64,000 bases of DNA from Candidatus Latescibacterota bacterium (GTDB taxonomy: Bacteria > Latescibacterota > UBA2968 > UBA8231). The notes under the pieces were generated by a model. It had not been told where the DNA came from and did no database searches. It saw only the letters and a list, made by a program, of their open reading frames with translations. Below, piece after piece: positions 9,065 through 19,465 of the stretch; positions within the stretch are counted from its first letter, which is position 1, and each line of letters begins with the position of its first letter. Position numbers and translations under genes: made by a program. The DNA is taken from contig OZ242214.1 in NCBI GenBank assembly GCA_965206595.1, positions 1,920,001 through 1,984,000 on the forward strand, written 5' to 3'.

Positions 9065-10318
9065 GTGGAAATCACGGCCAGCGATCTCAAGGGCCGGACG
9101 GTGGTCATGGCCGTTTCCGGAGGACTGGACAGCTGTACCATAACCCATTGGCTCGCACGGCAGGGAGTCGGGGTAATCGCCTACACCGCTGACCTCGGAC
9201 AACCGGATGAAGATGACGTCGGAGACGTGCGCGCGCGCATGCTGGCATGCGGCGCAAAGGAGGCCGTCCTCGATGATCTCAAACCTGAAATCGCCACCGC
9301 TGGACTGCAGCTAGTTCAGGCATCGGCACGTTATGAAGGCGGGTACTGGAACACGACCGCCATAGCCCGCCATGTGGTGGTTGCGGCAATGGTCCCGGTG
9401 TTGCGACAACGTGGAGTCTCGATTCTGGGCCATGGCTGTACCGGTCGCGGCAACGATCAGGTGCGCTTCGAACTGGGGGTCCAGATGCTCGATCCCGCAA
9501 TCGGTGTGTACGCTCCCTGGCGTGACCCTGCATTCCTTCAGGAGTTCGGGGGTCGCCGGCAGATGATCGACTACTGCCGTGATTTCGGCCTGCCCGTCAG
9601 GGCGACTCACGACTCCCCCTATTCGACCGACGCCAACATGCTGGGATTGACCCACGAAGCGGGGGAACTCGAAGACCTCGCCACCCCGGCCTGCCGAATC
9701 GATCCGGGCATGGGACGGTTTCCCGTGGATGCACCGGACGAGCCCGAAGCTTTCGAGGTCCACTTTGAAAAGGGTTTGCCGGTGAAACTCGGAAAGCGCG
9801 AGGTTACCCCTGTCGAAGCGCTCGAGACCTGCAACCAGATCGCCGGCCGCCATGGGGTGGGGATCGGACTGCACACCGTCGAGAACCGCTTTGTCGGCAT
9901 CAAATCCCGGGGGGTGTACGAGGCGCCCGGCATGGAGCTACTGGGGCGCAGTCACGAGTACCTGCTGCAGTTGATCCTCGACCGCCGCTGCCGGCGATTG
10001 TACGATCAGATATCGTCCCACATCGCCGAACAGATCTACCAGGGATACGGGTTCGACACCGCGACCCAGGCATCCTGGGCTTTCGTAAAACAGCTGAGCC
10101 GCATGGTCACCGGAACCATTTCCTCGACACTCTACAAGGGGAATGTGTCCTTTCGGGCCGCGGCGAATGCGCCGTACAGCCTGTACGACGCCGACACCTC
10201 CTCAATGGAGGAGATCGGTGAATTCGACCACCGCGATTCCCAGGGATTCCTCGGGGTTCTCGGTGTCTCCGCCCGGGCCCTCAACCACGCTGGTCAGAGC
10301 CGTTTGCGGGATGAATGA
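9065..10318 (+). CDS. argG: Argininosuccinate synthase
   Basis: SGGLDS, HGCTGRGNDQVRF, YSTDAN, ENRFVGIKSRGVYEAPG. Confidence 0.96.
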   Translation: MEITASDLKGRTVVMAVSGGLDSCTITHWLARQGVGVIAYTADLGQPDEDDVGDVRARMLACGAKEAVLDDLKPEIATAGLQLVQASARYEGGYWNTTAIARHVVVAAMVPVLRQRGVSILGHGCTGRGNDQVRFELGVQMLDPAIGVYAPWRDPAFLQEFGGRRQMIDYCRDFGLPVRATHDSPYSTDANMLGLTHEAGELEDLATPACRIDPGMGRFPVDAPDEPEAFEVHFEKGLPVKLGKREVTPVEALETCNQIAGRHGVGIGLHTVENRFVGIKSRGVYEAPGMELLGRSHEYLLQLILDRRCRRLYDQISSHIAEQIYQGYGFDTATQASWAFVKQLSRMVTGTISSTLYKGNVSFRAAANAPYSLYDADTSSMEEIGEFDHRDSQGFLGVLGVSARALNHAGQSRLRDE

Positions 10319-10358
10319 GAGGCGTGCCCGGCTTCGTCCGGTTGACCGTGAGGCGCGG

Positions 10359-11270
10359 TCAGAGATTCAGCAACGAGTCGAGATCTCCGAGAATGCGATT
10401 GAGCTCGCGGCGGTCGAACGCATCCAAATCCGGGCCGGGTACCCTTCTCTTTGCCGTTGCAATGAGGCCCCTTCTCACGAGAATCTCCTTGTAGACGGCC
10501 AGTCCGTACAATCTCTCGTAGCTCATCAAGGGAAGAATACGCTCGAAAAGAGCACGGGCTTCCTCCTCGGCACCCCGTTCCAGCTTGTCCCAGATTGAAG
10601 CGAGCAAGTCGGCATTGTGAGAGCCTGGCATGCTTCCGGTCGCTCCGCGCAGGTATTCATCTATGAGGAAGATGCCCCCCTGGCCGCCGAAAATGCCCCT
10701 GCAATCAGCGCCGGTCGCTGACAGCGTTGCCGAGATCCGCTGGGGTTCGGGAGCCACCTCTTCCTTGATATAGTCGACCCCCTCCAACTCCCGGCAGATC
10801 CGCGCCAGCAGTTCTGGGCTCATCGGGGTCCCGAGCGGGGCGCTGAAATTCTGTACGATGACCGGTACGCGCAGATTCCTGGAGAGGTGTTCGTAATACC
10901 GGAAACATCCGTCCGGTTCGCGGTGCAACACGAGGGGCGGCATCGACATCACTCCTGCGGCTCCCAGACCTTCGGCGAACCGGCCGAGCTCGACAGCGGG
11001 CAGTTCGTGGCCCGAGGTGATCGAGGCGATCACCGGCACCCGCTCCTGCGCGGCCCTGACGGCGATTTCCAGCCAGCGCCTGCGCTCGCCGTCCGACAGG
11101 GCCGTAAACTCGCTCGCATTCGCCGGGCCGACGATGCCGCGAACCCCCCCTTCGACACAGAGCCCGACCTGTCTTCGCAGCCCCTCTTCGTCGAGTTCCA
11201 GGGAATCCGAAAAAGGGGTGATGACTATGGCGAAAATCCCCGACCAGTTGTCAGCCTCTCTTTTTCCGAT
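10359..11270 (-). CDS. Dihydrodipicolinate synthase-like aldolase family protein (apparent ATC start)
   Basis: Frame is open upstream of the called GTG: WSGIFAIVITPF..LDEEGLRRQV..GPANASEFTALSDGER; YIKEE Schiff-base Lys; AAGGAG RBS precedes ATC at 11270. Confidence 0.8.
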   Translation of the reverse strand: MGKREADNWSGIFAIVITPFSDSLELDEEGLRRQVGLCVEGGVRGIVGPANASEFTALSDGERRRWLEIAVRAAQERVPVIASITSGHELPAVELGRFAEGLGAAGVMSMPPLVLHREPDGCFRYYEHLSRNLRVPVIVQNFSAPLGTPMSPELLARICRELEGVDYIKEEVAPEPQRISATLSATGADCRGIFGGQGGIFLIDEYLRGATGSMPGSHNADLLASIWDKLERGAEEEARALFERILPLMSYERLYGLAVYKEILVRRGLIATAKRRVPGPDLDAFDRRELNRILGDLDSLLNL

Positions 11271-12132
11271 GGTGATTTCTCCTTTGTTTCCGCTGTGATT
11301 TCCCCTTTCCCCTGACAGCTATCCAGACCTGGATTCCGCCCTGGGCGACCGGCTCCCCGCGGAAGCCACCGTATAGCGCGGCCACCTCGAAACCGCTGGC
11401 GCGCAATACTTTTTCGATGTGTGTTCTGGAGCAGCAGCGCAACGACAGCCCGGTCGTCCGGCTTCGCAGAAACCGGCCGTTTTCGTCGCGCTCGTCGAAG
11501 ATCAACTGCTGACGCAGAATTCGGGTATCTGCATCTACATTGCGTGTGTAGCGGACTTCCACGCTGATTCCGCCGGCAACTTCAAACCTGGTGTCGAAAG
11601 TCGGATCAGGCTGCCCGGCGAGCGATGACGGATCGAAGGTGTCGAATACCAGCGCCCCACCGGGGCTCAGATGCTCGCGTATCCGATGCAGACAGCGGCG
11701 CTGATCTGCATCGCTCAGGAGATGCTGAAAAGCGCGGTACGGAACGAGGATCAGGGGGAACCGCTCCCGAAGCCAGAAGTTGCGCATATCGCCGCGGATG
11801 GCATGTGCGATTCCCCGGCGGGAGGACCCGAGCGCAGCGAGCTTGGGCCGCAACAGCCGGAGCATCTGAGCCGAGCGCTCTATGCCGACTACTGCCTTGC
11901 CGGTTCCTGCTATCGGTATCAGGATACGCCCGCTGCCACACCCCAACTCGAGGATAGGCGAACCAGCCTGCTCGGCGGCGAGAAGATAGAAGTCGAGGTC
12001 GCCATCGACCCCGGTGAAATACTGGTCGTAGTACTGCGCCTGGGGGCCGGTGTATTCTTCGATGAGCTGGCTGATTCTACAGCAGGTCTTCGACCACCGA
12101 TTGTTCCTCCCGCAGCTCGGTGGTCGTGGCAT
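11251..12132 (-). CDS. Class I SAM-dependent methyltransferase
   Basis: [27 protein letters not shown]; start uncertain. Confidence 0.85.
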   Translation of the reverse strand: MPRPPSCGRNNRWSKTCCRISQLIEEYTGPQAQYYDQYFTGVDGDLDFYLLAAEQAGSPILELGCGSGRILIPIAGTGKAVVGIERSAQMLRLLRPKLAALGSSRRGIAHAIRGDMRNFWLRERFPLILVPYRAFQHLLSDADQRRCLHRIREHLSPGGALVFDTFDPSSLAGQPDPTFDTRFEVAGGISVEVRYTRNVDADTRILRQQLIFDERDENGRFLRSRTTGLSLRCCSRTHIEKVLRASGFEVAALYGGFRGEPVAQGGIQVWIAVRGKGKSQRKQRRNHHRKKRG

Positions 12133-13063
12133 CGATCTTTTGCTGCGCGAAGTCGCTCAGTGGAAGGTTCTGAACGACTCTGCAGCTGCCGTTGCCGTTG
12201 CTCGTGACTGGGTAGGAAAAGATGATTCCCGGGGCGATCCCGTAACTGCCGTCCGAGGGCACCGCCGCGGAAAACCAGTCCCCCTCCGGCGTCGGAGACT
12301 GCAGGCTGATCACGTGATCGAGGGCGGCGTTGGCCGCCGATGCCGCGGACGACAGCCCGCGGGCGCTGATTACGGCAGCGCCCCGCTGCTGGACGACCTC
12401 GATGAATTCCCCCTGTATCCAGTCCTCGTCGTCGATGACGTCCGTTGCAGGCTTGCCGTCTATGCGGGCATTTTCCGCGTCGGGATACTGAGTGGCACTG
12501 TGGTTGCCCCAGATCGTCATGTTGGTTACCGAAGTCACCGGGACTCCCGCCTTCTTGGAGAGTTGGGTCATTGCCCGGTTCTGGTCCAGCCGCGTCATGG
12601 CGTGAAAGCGCTCAGAGGGAATACCGGCCTTGACTCCGTGGTTCATCGCAATCAGGCAGTTGGTGTTGGCGGGATTGCCGACCACCAAAACCCTGATATC
12701 GCTAGCCGCCCTGGCAAAGGCCTGGCCCTGGCCCACGAAAATCGGACCGTTCTCCCGCAGGAGATCCCCCCGCTCCATCCCCTTGCCGCGAGGTTTTGCA
12801 CCGACGAGCAAGGCCCAGTTGACGCCGTCGAAGGCAACCCCGGCCCTGTCGGTAGTGACGACGTCCGCCAGCAGGGGAAAGGCGCAGTCGTCCAGTTCCA
12901 TCACTACACCTTCGAGGGCTGGCAAGGCCGATGTTATTTCCAGCAGACGAAGGATGACCTTGGTATCTGGCCCGAAGATCTCGCCCGAGGCCAGTCGGGG
13001 TAGCAAGGCGTAACCAATTTGTCCTGCTGCGCCGGTGACGGCGACTCGAACCGTTTGTGCCAT
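12077..13063 (-). CDS. mdh: Malate dehydrogenase
   Basis: [48 protein letters not shown]. Confidence 0.96.
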   Translation of the reverse strand: MAQTVRVAVTGAAGQIGYALLPRLASGEIFGPDTKVILRLLEITSALPALEGVVMELDDCAFPLLADVVTTDRAGVAFDGVNWALLVGAKPRGKGMERGDLLRENGPIFVGQGQAFARAASDIRVLVVGNPANTNCLIAMNHGVKAGIPSERFHAMTRLDQNRAMTQLSKKAGVPVTSVTNMTIWGNHSATQYPDAENARIDGKPATDVIDDEDWIQGEFIEVVQQRGAAVISARGLSSAASAANAALDHVISLQSPTPEGDWFSAAVPSDGSYGIAPGIIFSYPVTSNGNGSCRVVQNLPLSDFAQQKIDATTTELREEQSVVEDLL

Positions 13064-13213
13064 ATCAGATCGATGCTCCTCGAAAAAACTGGGGTTGTGA
13101 ATCGGTGCAAATCAAAACTGGAGAAACCGCCGGAACCCGGCAACCCGTTAATCGACGCAGCGGATACCGGGGTACCGGGACGGAGAGTAGACCGGTCCCA
13201 TGGAGTGCATCTG

Positions 13214-13241
13214 TTGACACTTCGGGGCTGTGAGCTACCTT
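13214..13241 (+). promoter_or_regulatory. Putative sigma70 promoter for tRNA-Tyr
   Basis: TTGACA-N16-TACCTT just upstream of the tRNA. Confidence 0.45.
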
Positions 13242-13258
13242 CTTCTGCCGCCTCGGAA

Positions 13259-13344
13259 GGGGGGATACCCAAGCGGTCAACGGGGGTAGACTGTAAATCT
13301 ACTGGCGTACGCCTTCGCAGGTTCGAATCCTGCTCCCCCCACCA
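13259..13344 (+). tRNA. tRNA-Tyr (GTA)
   Basis: GGGGGGA/TCCCCCC acceptor stem, GTAGA-CTGTAAA-TCTAC anticodon arm, long variable arm, GTTCGAATC, encoded CCA. Confidence 0.96.
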
Positions 13345-13488
13345 TTCATCCCCCCAGGTACCCTGCTCGCCATCCACTCCGTTTTGCCGTCCCATCGGCG
13401 GCGCGTCGTTCTGTCCGAACCCCCATACAATCTTTCGTATGGTAACCACAAAAGTGAAAGCAGCCAGGGCAGCGACCTGACCCCATTG

Positions 13489-13508
13489 CCATATCCGCCA
13501 GGATATGG
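13489..13508. terminator. Hairpin between convergent tRNA-Tyr and the wzz-like gene
   Basis: CCATATCC-GCCA-GGATATGG; weak U-tract. Confidence 0.4.
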
Positions 13509-13571
13509 GTTCACGCTTCGGGAGTGCGCAGATTCGGCCGCTCGAGGATCTCTACCGGCGGCCAAGTGGAA

Positions 13572-14792
13572 CTACCGACCTTTAAGCTCCCTGCGGATGG
13601 AAGCGAGCTTGTTCTGGTTTTCCCCGTCCAACCGGTTAAAGGCCTCGAAGAGAAACGCCAAGACCCCGCTGAGGAGCGCGCTCACCGCGAAGGCTCCGAC
13701 TACGATCAGGGTTCGGCGTGGGCGGCTGCGGGTACGGGGAGGGGTCGCCGGGTCGAGGATCTGCAGGGTGGGAGTGTTGAGGGCCTCGCGGTATTTCGCC
13801 TCTTCGAATCTGGTCCCGAGGAAACGGATGATCTCCGCGCGCAACTCGACTGCGAGGGTGAGTTCGGAGTGCTCGAGCATCAATTTGGGCAGTTCCCGAA
13901 GAGGTGGACCAAGAGACTCGAGCGGCTCCGCGTATTCCGGTTGTCCAGGGTCACTCCCCGCCACTGCCAAATTCCCCTGAAGCTTCTCCACTTGCTCGCG
14001 GAGGGCCGTCACCTTCATCTCGTGCAGCTTTCGGTCTTCGTGCTGCGAGTACAGCTGGCGTTCCAACAGGCTGAGCTCGACCTCGAGTTCAGCCAACTCC
14101 TTGACGATTCCCTTCAGGACATCGACGGCGGCGCTGGTCTGGGCCTCAAGATCGACCAACCCGTGCTGCTCCTGAAACGACTGCAAGGACCTCGCGCTCA
14201 GCCTAAGCTCCTCCTCGGTCAGCTCGATTCGCTTTTCCAGGAACTCTTTCAGGTCGCGTGCCTGCTGGCGTTTGTACTGGCGATTGACCCTGTCGAGCTG
14301 CCTTGCCAACCCATTGGTCAGATTCGCGGCAAGTTGGGGATCATCCGCGCTGACGCGAATCGTCAGCGAGCCATCGTCTTCCATTTCGTATTCGATCTGC
14401 TCGCGCAGGGTTTCGATCGCCCTGTCGCGGTGGGGCACTCCGAAAAGTGAGACCAGCTCGAACTCGTCGACGATACCGCCGGCGACTCTATTGCTTTCGA
14501 GCAGGGTTACCAGTCGCTCCGATGGAGTGGCTCCTCCCACCAGACCGCGGAGACCTGCCGGCATTGCGTTTCCAAGGACAAAAGACAAGCCCATCCTGGC
14601 TCCTCCCTCTTCTTCGGGAGGCAACAGCTTCGTCTGCGCAGTCCAGGTCTGGGGCAGCACCAGGCTCGTGGCAACTGCGGCGATCGTAACAGTCAGTGTC
14701 GATACCACAATGAAGCGGCGCCACCTGACCAGTACCAAGAGGTGGTCGAGAAGGTTATGCTCGCCGCGGAGCCCGTGTTCGGATTCACCCAT
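13572..14792 (-). CDS. Wzz/GumC-type polysaccharide chain-length determinant
   Basis: N-terminal LLDHLLVLVRWRRFI plus TM, periplasmic coiled coil, ILDPATPP..RSRPRR plus C-terminal TM. Confidence 0.88.
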   Translation of the reverse strand: MGESEHGLRGEHNLLDHLLVLVRWRRFIVVSTLTVTIAAVATSLVLPQTWTAQTKLLPPEEEGGARMGLSFVLGNAMPAGLRGLVGGATPSERLVTLLESNRVAGGIVDEFELVSLFGVPHRDRAIETLREQIEYEMEDDGSLTIRVSADDPQLAANLTNGLARQLDRVNRQYKRQQARDLKEFLEKRIELTEEELRLSARSLQSFQEQHGLVDLEAQTSAAVDVLKGIVKELAELEVELSLLERQLYSQHEDRKLHEMKVTALREQVEKLQGNLAVAGSDPGQPEYAEPLESLGPPLRELPKLMLEHSELTLAVELRAEIIRFLGTRFEEAKYREALNTPTLQILDPATPPRTRSRPRRTLIVVGAFAVSALLSGVLAFLFEAFNRLDGENQNKLASIRRELKGR

Positions 14793-15693
14793 GGATTTCC
14801 ACTACCATGCCAGCGTCGTCGAAGGGGAGCTGCAGGATTCGGCTTTCGATGCTGCTGTTTCTCCAGGTTTCCTGCATCGCCTTTCCGGGAAACTCGTCCC
14901 CGGCCCTCACGAAGGCGAGCACGGATGGGCCGGAACCGCTCAGCGCCGCTCCGAGCGCCCCCGCTTCCACAGCGGCGTCGCACACCGCCTGCATTCCGGG
15001 GACAAGGCCGAGCCTGTACGGTTGGTGCAGCAGATCGCGCATCGCACAGGCCAGCAGTTCGACTTCACCGGAGGCGACCGCGGCGGTGAGAAGGGCGACC
15101 CGGGCTTGGTTGGCAACCGCGTCGTCGAAGGCAACTGTGGCTGGCAAAGCTGCCCGCGACGGGATCGTCTCCAGTTCGAAGTCCGAAATGGCTACTGCCG
15201 CCTCCAATCCCGGGGGCTCGGGAAGTCGCACAAAATCGCCTGCCCCTGCTGCGTGAGCGGTCACGCAGAAACCTCCGAAGAGGCTGGCACAGACGTTGTC
15301 GGCGTGCCCCTCCCTGGCCGATGCCTGCGCCAGCAGCTGTCCCCGGTCGACCTCGCCTACAGCCAGGGCCGAAGCTGCGGCCAGGGCCGCCAGGGTCGCT
15401 GCGGCGCTGCTGCCGAGACCCCGTGCCAGAGGTATGCGATTGTCCGACTCGACTCGCAGATGCCCAGGTTTGTACCCGGTTTCTTCAAAGACCGCGGACA
15501 TGGCTATCAAGACCGGATTGGTCTCATCACTCGGAAGCGACTCGGAGCCTTCCCCGGTCAGGGAGACATCGACACCGGCTCCAGGCAGCTCACTGACGAT
15601 AAGAGTATGGTGGAGGGCGAGCGCCAGTCCGATGCAGTCGAAGCCCGGTCCCAGGTTTGCGGTGGAGGCGGGCACTTTCACGCGGACGTTCAC
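14785..15693 (-). CDS. thrB: Homoserine kinase
   Basis: VPASTANLGPGFD, PLARGLGSS, EGHADN, LHQPYR, LSGSGPS. Confidence 0.95.
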   Translation of the reverse strand: MNVRVKVPASTANLGPGFDCIGLALALHHTLIVSELPGAGVDVSLTGEGSESLPSDETNPVLIAMSAVFEETGYKPGHLRVESDNRIPLARGLGSSAAATLAALAAASALAVGEVDRGQLLAQASAREGHADNVCASLFGGFCVTAHAAGAGDFVRLPEPPGLEAAVAISDFELETIPSRAALPATVAFDDAVANQARVALLTAAVASGEVELLACAMRDLLHQPYRLGLVPGMQAVCDAAVEAGALGAALSGSGPSVLAFVRAGDEFPGKAMQETWRNSSIESRILQLPFDDAGMVVEIHG

Positions 15694-16859
15694 GCCGGTT
15701 CCCGTGCGCAGCGCTCAAACAGCTCCGCAATCTCGACGCTGATCGCGTCTGCCACCGGAATCCCCTTTGCCGTGAGCCGCAAGTGGCTGTCACACATCTC
15801 GAGATAGCCCTCCGTCACCAGTGGAATCCGCTTCAACTCGCGCCCGAGCCGCAACTGCTCTTGTCCACTCAAGGCCACTCCGTCCCTGGTGCGCAGCCCC
15901 AGAAACAGGCGTTCCCTGTTCTCGATGGACAGATCGATTGCCTCCTGTCCAGCTATAGGAGAATCCCCCTCCTCCAGGGCCCTCATGTAGTCGTACAGAT
16001 TCGCGCGGTTCCAACAGCGCACTCCCCTGAGGTGGCTGTGCGCAGACATGCCGACACCGAGGTACTCCCCACGAGCCCAGTATGCCGAATTGTGACGGCA
16101 ACGATGGCCGGGCTTCGCGAAGTTCGAAACCTCGTACTGCTCGTACCCCGCTTGCGACAGCCTTTCGATCCCTAGGGAAAACTGCTCGGCCTCCTCCTCC
16201 TGGGATTGCGGTTGTACGCGACCTGAAGCAACCTGCCTCTCCAGCGCCGTCCCTTCTTCTATCGTCAGGGAATAGGTCGATACGTGATCGGGGGAGAGAC
16301 AAAGGACTGTATCCAAGGTTCGCAGCCAATCGCTTCGAGGGACACCGGGAACGGCAAAGATCAGATCGAGATTGACGCTGGCGAACCCCGCCTCTCGAGC
16401 GCGTTCGAACGCGCTCTCCGCGTCCGCGGCGGAGTGAAGGCGACCTAGCTTCTTCAGGCTTGAGTCGCGGAACGACTGGGCGCCGATGCTAATGCGGTTG
16501 AACCCCACCTTCCGCAAGTCTCCGAAGTGGGCACAGTCTCTTCCTGGATTTACCTCTATGCTGATCTCGCAATCCGCTTCCATCCCACAGGCGCTGTCAG
16601 CGGTTTCGAGAATCCGGGCAAGGTGCTGGTCGTCGAGTCGGCTTGGCGTTCCACCGCCGAAAAACACGGTCGCAAAGGGGGCTCCGGGCTCCTCACCTCG
16701 GCGGGCAAGTTCCCGGCAGACTGCATCGACGTAACGCCCGTGGAGGGATCGCTTTCCCACGACCACCGCAAAGCCGCAATAGGGACAGTGCTGCGGGCAG
16801 AATGGAATATGCACGTACAGCCCCATCCGGTTCGGTTTCCCGTGGAAGGAGGAGGGCAT
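15690..16859 (-). CDS. hemW: Radical SAM heme chaperone HemW (HemN-like)
   Basis: LYVHIPFCPQHCPYC, GGGTPS, YEVSNFA..HNSAYW; follows lepA-lepB. Confidence 0.88.
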   Translation of the reverse strand: MPSSFHGKPNRMGLYVHIPFCPQHCPYCGFAVVVGKRSLHGRYVDAVCRELARRGEEPGAPFATVFFGGGTPSRLDDQHLARILETADSACGMEADCEISIEVNPGRDCAHFGDLRKVGFNRISIGAQSFRDSSLKKLGRLHSAADAESAFERAREAGFASVNLDLIFAVPGVPRSDWLRTLDTVLCLSPDHVSTYSLTIEEGTALERQVASGRVQPQSQEEEAEQFSLGIERLSQAGYEQYEVSNFAKPGHRCRHNSAYWARGEYLGVGMSAHSHLRGVRCWNRANLYDYMRALEEGDSPIAGQEAIDLSIENRERLFLGLRTRDGVALSGQEQLRLGRELKRIPLVTEGYLEMCDSHLRLTAKGIPVADAISVEIAELFERCAREPA

Positions 16860-16865
16860 CTTGCC

Positions 16866-17612
16866 CTAAATAACCCCCTTTCCCAGCCGCGACCATCGGA
16901 TTCGCGAGGGCAGCGAGCGAACCGATTGGAAAAGGGAAACGCGGGCGTTTTCGTCCCCCCGGCTCGAGGCCTCGGGCTCGGACGACCAATACACAAGGAG
17001 CGCGCGCCCGACGGCGAATTCGTTAGGCAGGGATCCCCAGTGACGACTGTCGCGGCTGTTATCGCGGTTGTCGCCCACGAGAAACAGATGTCCGTCGGGA
17101 ACGTCGATCGGGCCCATGTTGTCCCTGGGAGTTTGCGAGGCTTCGTATACACGGGGATCGAGGTACTTGGAGAACGGCGGATCCCGAAGCCGGACTCCGT
17201 CTACATACAGCACCTTTTTCCTTACCTCCACTCTTTGCCCGCCTGCGGCGATGCACCTCTTGGCGTACAGCCGCTGGCTGTCCGGCGCCCGAAAAATCAC
17301 CACGTCTCCGGGGCGCGGGGCCCGCACCACGGGAAAGCGGAAGTTCGTGAACGGAATCTCGGCTCCATAAGAGATGTTTTCGATCAGGAGGTAGTCGCCA
17401 TAGAGAACGGTGTCCTCCATGGATCGGGAAGGAATCCGGTAACTGTCGAAAAACAGAGCCGACATCGCCCCCATGGCGGCTACCGCGATAAGTACAAGAG
17501 CTTTTCTCCCTGCCTTTCCCTTTGCCGGCCTACGCACCAGTCTTCCCGGGCTCGCTCTTTTTTTCGTGGTGGTAACGCGCCCGCTAGCGACAGGTCTTGC
17601 TCGCGCCGCCAT
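16866..17612 (-). CDS. lepB: Signal peptidase I
   Basis: IPSRSMEDT (catalytic Ser), YAKRC (catalytic Lys), GDNRDNSRDSR. Confidence 0.93.
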   Translation of the reverse strand: MAARARPVASGRVTTTKKRASPGRLVRRPAKGKAGRKALVLIAVAAMGAMSALFFDSYRIPSRSMEDTVLYGDYLLIENISYGAEIPFTNFRFPVVRAPRPGDVVIFRAPDSQRLYAKRCIAAGGQRVEVRKKVLYVDGVRLRDPPFSKYLDPRVYEASQTPRDNMGPIDVPDGHLFLVGDNRDNSRDSRHWGSLPNEFAVGRALLVYWSSEPEASSRGDENARVSLFQSVRSLPSRIRWSRLGKGVI

Positions 17613-19426
17613 CAGTCTTCGATTCTTAGCGCCGCCAAGAAGGCCTCCTGAGGAATCTCGACGTTGCCGAACTGTTTCATTCGCTTCTTGCCCTCCTTCT
17701 GGCGCTCGAGCAGCTTGCGCTTACGCGTTACATCGCCCCCGTAGCACTTGGCGATCACGTTCTTGCGGAAGGGCCTTACCGTCTCGCGTGCGATCACCTT
17801 GCTTCCGATCGCCGCCTGGATCACCACTTCGAACATCTGGCGCGGGATCAACTCTTTGAGCTTGGCGCACAACCGGCGCCCCCAATCCTGCGCCTTGTCG
17901 CGGTGAATTATCACGGCTAGTGCGTCCATCAGGTCTCCGTTTATCAGTACGTCGACCCGCTGCAAGGGCCCTGCCCGCATCTCCTTGTGCTCGTAGTCCA
18001 ACGACGCGTACCCCCGCGACACCGACTTGAGCCGGTCGTAGAAATCGACGACGACTTCAGCGAGAGGCAGCTCGTAATGGAGGAGCGCTCGGCTACCATC
18101 CAGGTACTCGGTGTTGACGTACGAACCGCGGCGGTCTTCTGAAATCTGCATGACACTGCCAATGAACTGGCTGGGAACAAGTATCTGCGCGTCCAGCATG
18201 GGTTCGCGAATCTCGTCAATCTCGGACAGGGCCGGCAGCAGTGAGGGGTTGTCGACCTCCACAACCTCTCCCTTCCTGGTGGAGACTTCGTAGCGAACGT
18301 TCGGTAAGGTGGTGATAATGTCGATGCGATGCTCCCGATCCAGCCTTTCCTGAACGATTTCCATGTGTAGAAGTCCGAGAAATCCGCAGCGAAAACCGAA
18401 CCCCAGCGCTGGCGAGGTCTCTGGTTCATAGGTGAAAGCGGCGTCATTCAACCGCAGTCGATCCAGCGCATCACGCAATTCGGCGTGTTCGTCCGAGTTG
18501 ACCGGGTATACACCGCTGAAAACCATTGGCTTGAGAGGCTTGTATCCTGGCAGAGGTGCGACCGTCGACGCTTCCGAGCCGGTTACGGTGTCACCTACCC
18601 GAGCCTCTGAAAGTTTCTTAACGCCGGCAATCAGGTACCCGACTTCTCCCGCCTGCAGGGAATCGCATGGAATCCGCTCGATTCGCAGTCGCCCGATCTC
18701 CTCGACCTCGTATTCCCTTCCCGTGGAATGGAAGCGGATTCTCCCGCCTTTGCGAACCTCTCCATCTACGACGCGGATAAAACAGATGACGCCCCGATAT
18801 TGGTCGTAGAGCGAGTCGAAAATCAGCGCCCGAAGCGGACCTTCTTCCACACCTGATGGCGGCGGGACTTGATCGATGATTGCCGCGGCCACCTCCTCGA
18901 TCCCAATCCCCTCCTTGGCACTGATACAGATTGCTTCATCTTCGGTTCCTGCCCCGATCAGATCCGCGATCTGTTGACGAACGCTGTCTACCTGAGCGCC
19001 CGGCATGTCGATTTTGTTGATACAGGGGATTACGGCCAGGTCGTGACCCATTGCGAGCAGAAGGTTGCTCACGGTCTGAGCTTCAACACCCTGAGTCGCA
19101 TCGACGACGAGAACAGCCCCCTCGCAGGCGGCCAGACTGCGCGAGACCTCGTACGCAAAGTCTACGTGCCCGGGGGTATCGATAAGGTTGAAGGCATACA
19201 CTTCGCCGCCCGGCGTCCGGTGTTGCATGTGCACGGCGTGTGCCTTGATGGTGATTCCGCGCTCGCGCTCCAAGTCCATGTTGTCGAGTACCTGGTCCTG
19301 CATCTGCTTGGGAGCGAGTGTTCCGGTGTACTCGAGAAAGCGATCGGCTAGGGTAGATTTGCCATGATCGATATGGGCGATAATGCAGAAGTTGCGCGTA
19401 AAGAACTGCTTGCTTGGATCTGTCAC
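17612..19426 (-). CDS. lepA: Elongation factor 4 LepA
   Basis: RNFCIIAHIDHGKSTLADR, GFRCGFLGLLHME, KCYGGDVTRKRKLL. Confidence 0.98.
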   Translation of the reverse strand: MTDPSKQFFTRNFCIIAHIDHGKSTLADRFLEYTGTLAPKQMQDQVLDNMDLERERGITIKAHAVHMQHRTPGGEVYAFNLIDTPGHVDFAYEVSRSLAACEGAVLVVDATQGVEAQTVSNLLLAMGHDLAVIPCINKIDMPGAQVDSVRQQIADLIGAGTEDEAICISAKEGIGIEEVAAAIIDQVPPPSGVEEGPLRALIFDSLYDQYRGVICFIRVVDGEVRKGGRIRFHSTGREYEVEEIGRLRIERIPCDSLQAGEVGYLIAGVKKLSEARVGDTVTGSEASTVAPLPGYKPLKPMVFSGVYPVNSDEHAELRDALDRLRLNDAAFTYEPETSPALGFGFRCGFLGLLHMEIVQERLDREHRIDIITTLPNVRYEVSTRKGEVVEVDNPSLLPALSEIDEIREPMLDAQILVPSQFIGSVMQISEDRRGSYVNTEYLDGSRALLHYELPLAEVVVDFYDRLKSVSRGYASLDYEHKEMRAGPLQRVDVLINGDLMDALAVIIHRDKAQDWGRRLCAKLKELIPRQMFEVVIQAAIGSKVIARETVRPFRKNVIAKCYGGDVTRKRKLLERQKEGKKRMKQFGNVEIPQEAFLAALRIED

Positions 19427-19465
19427 GATAGGCTGTCCGGTTGTTTTGCGATCAATTTCAAGACC

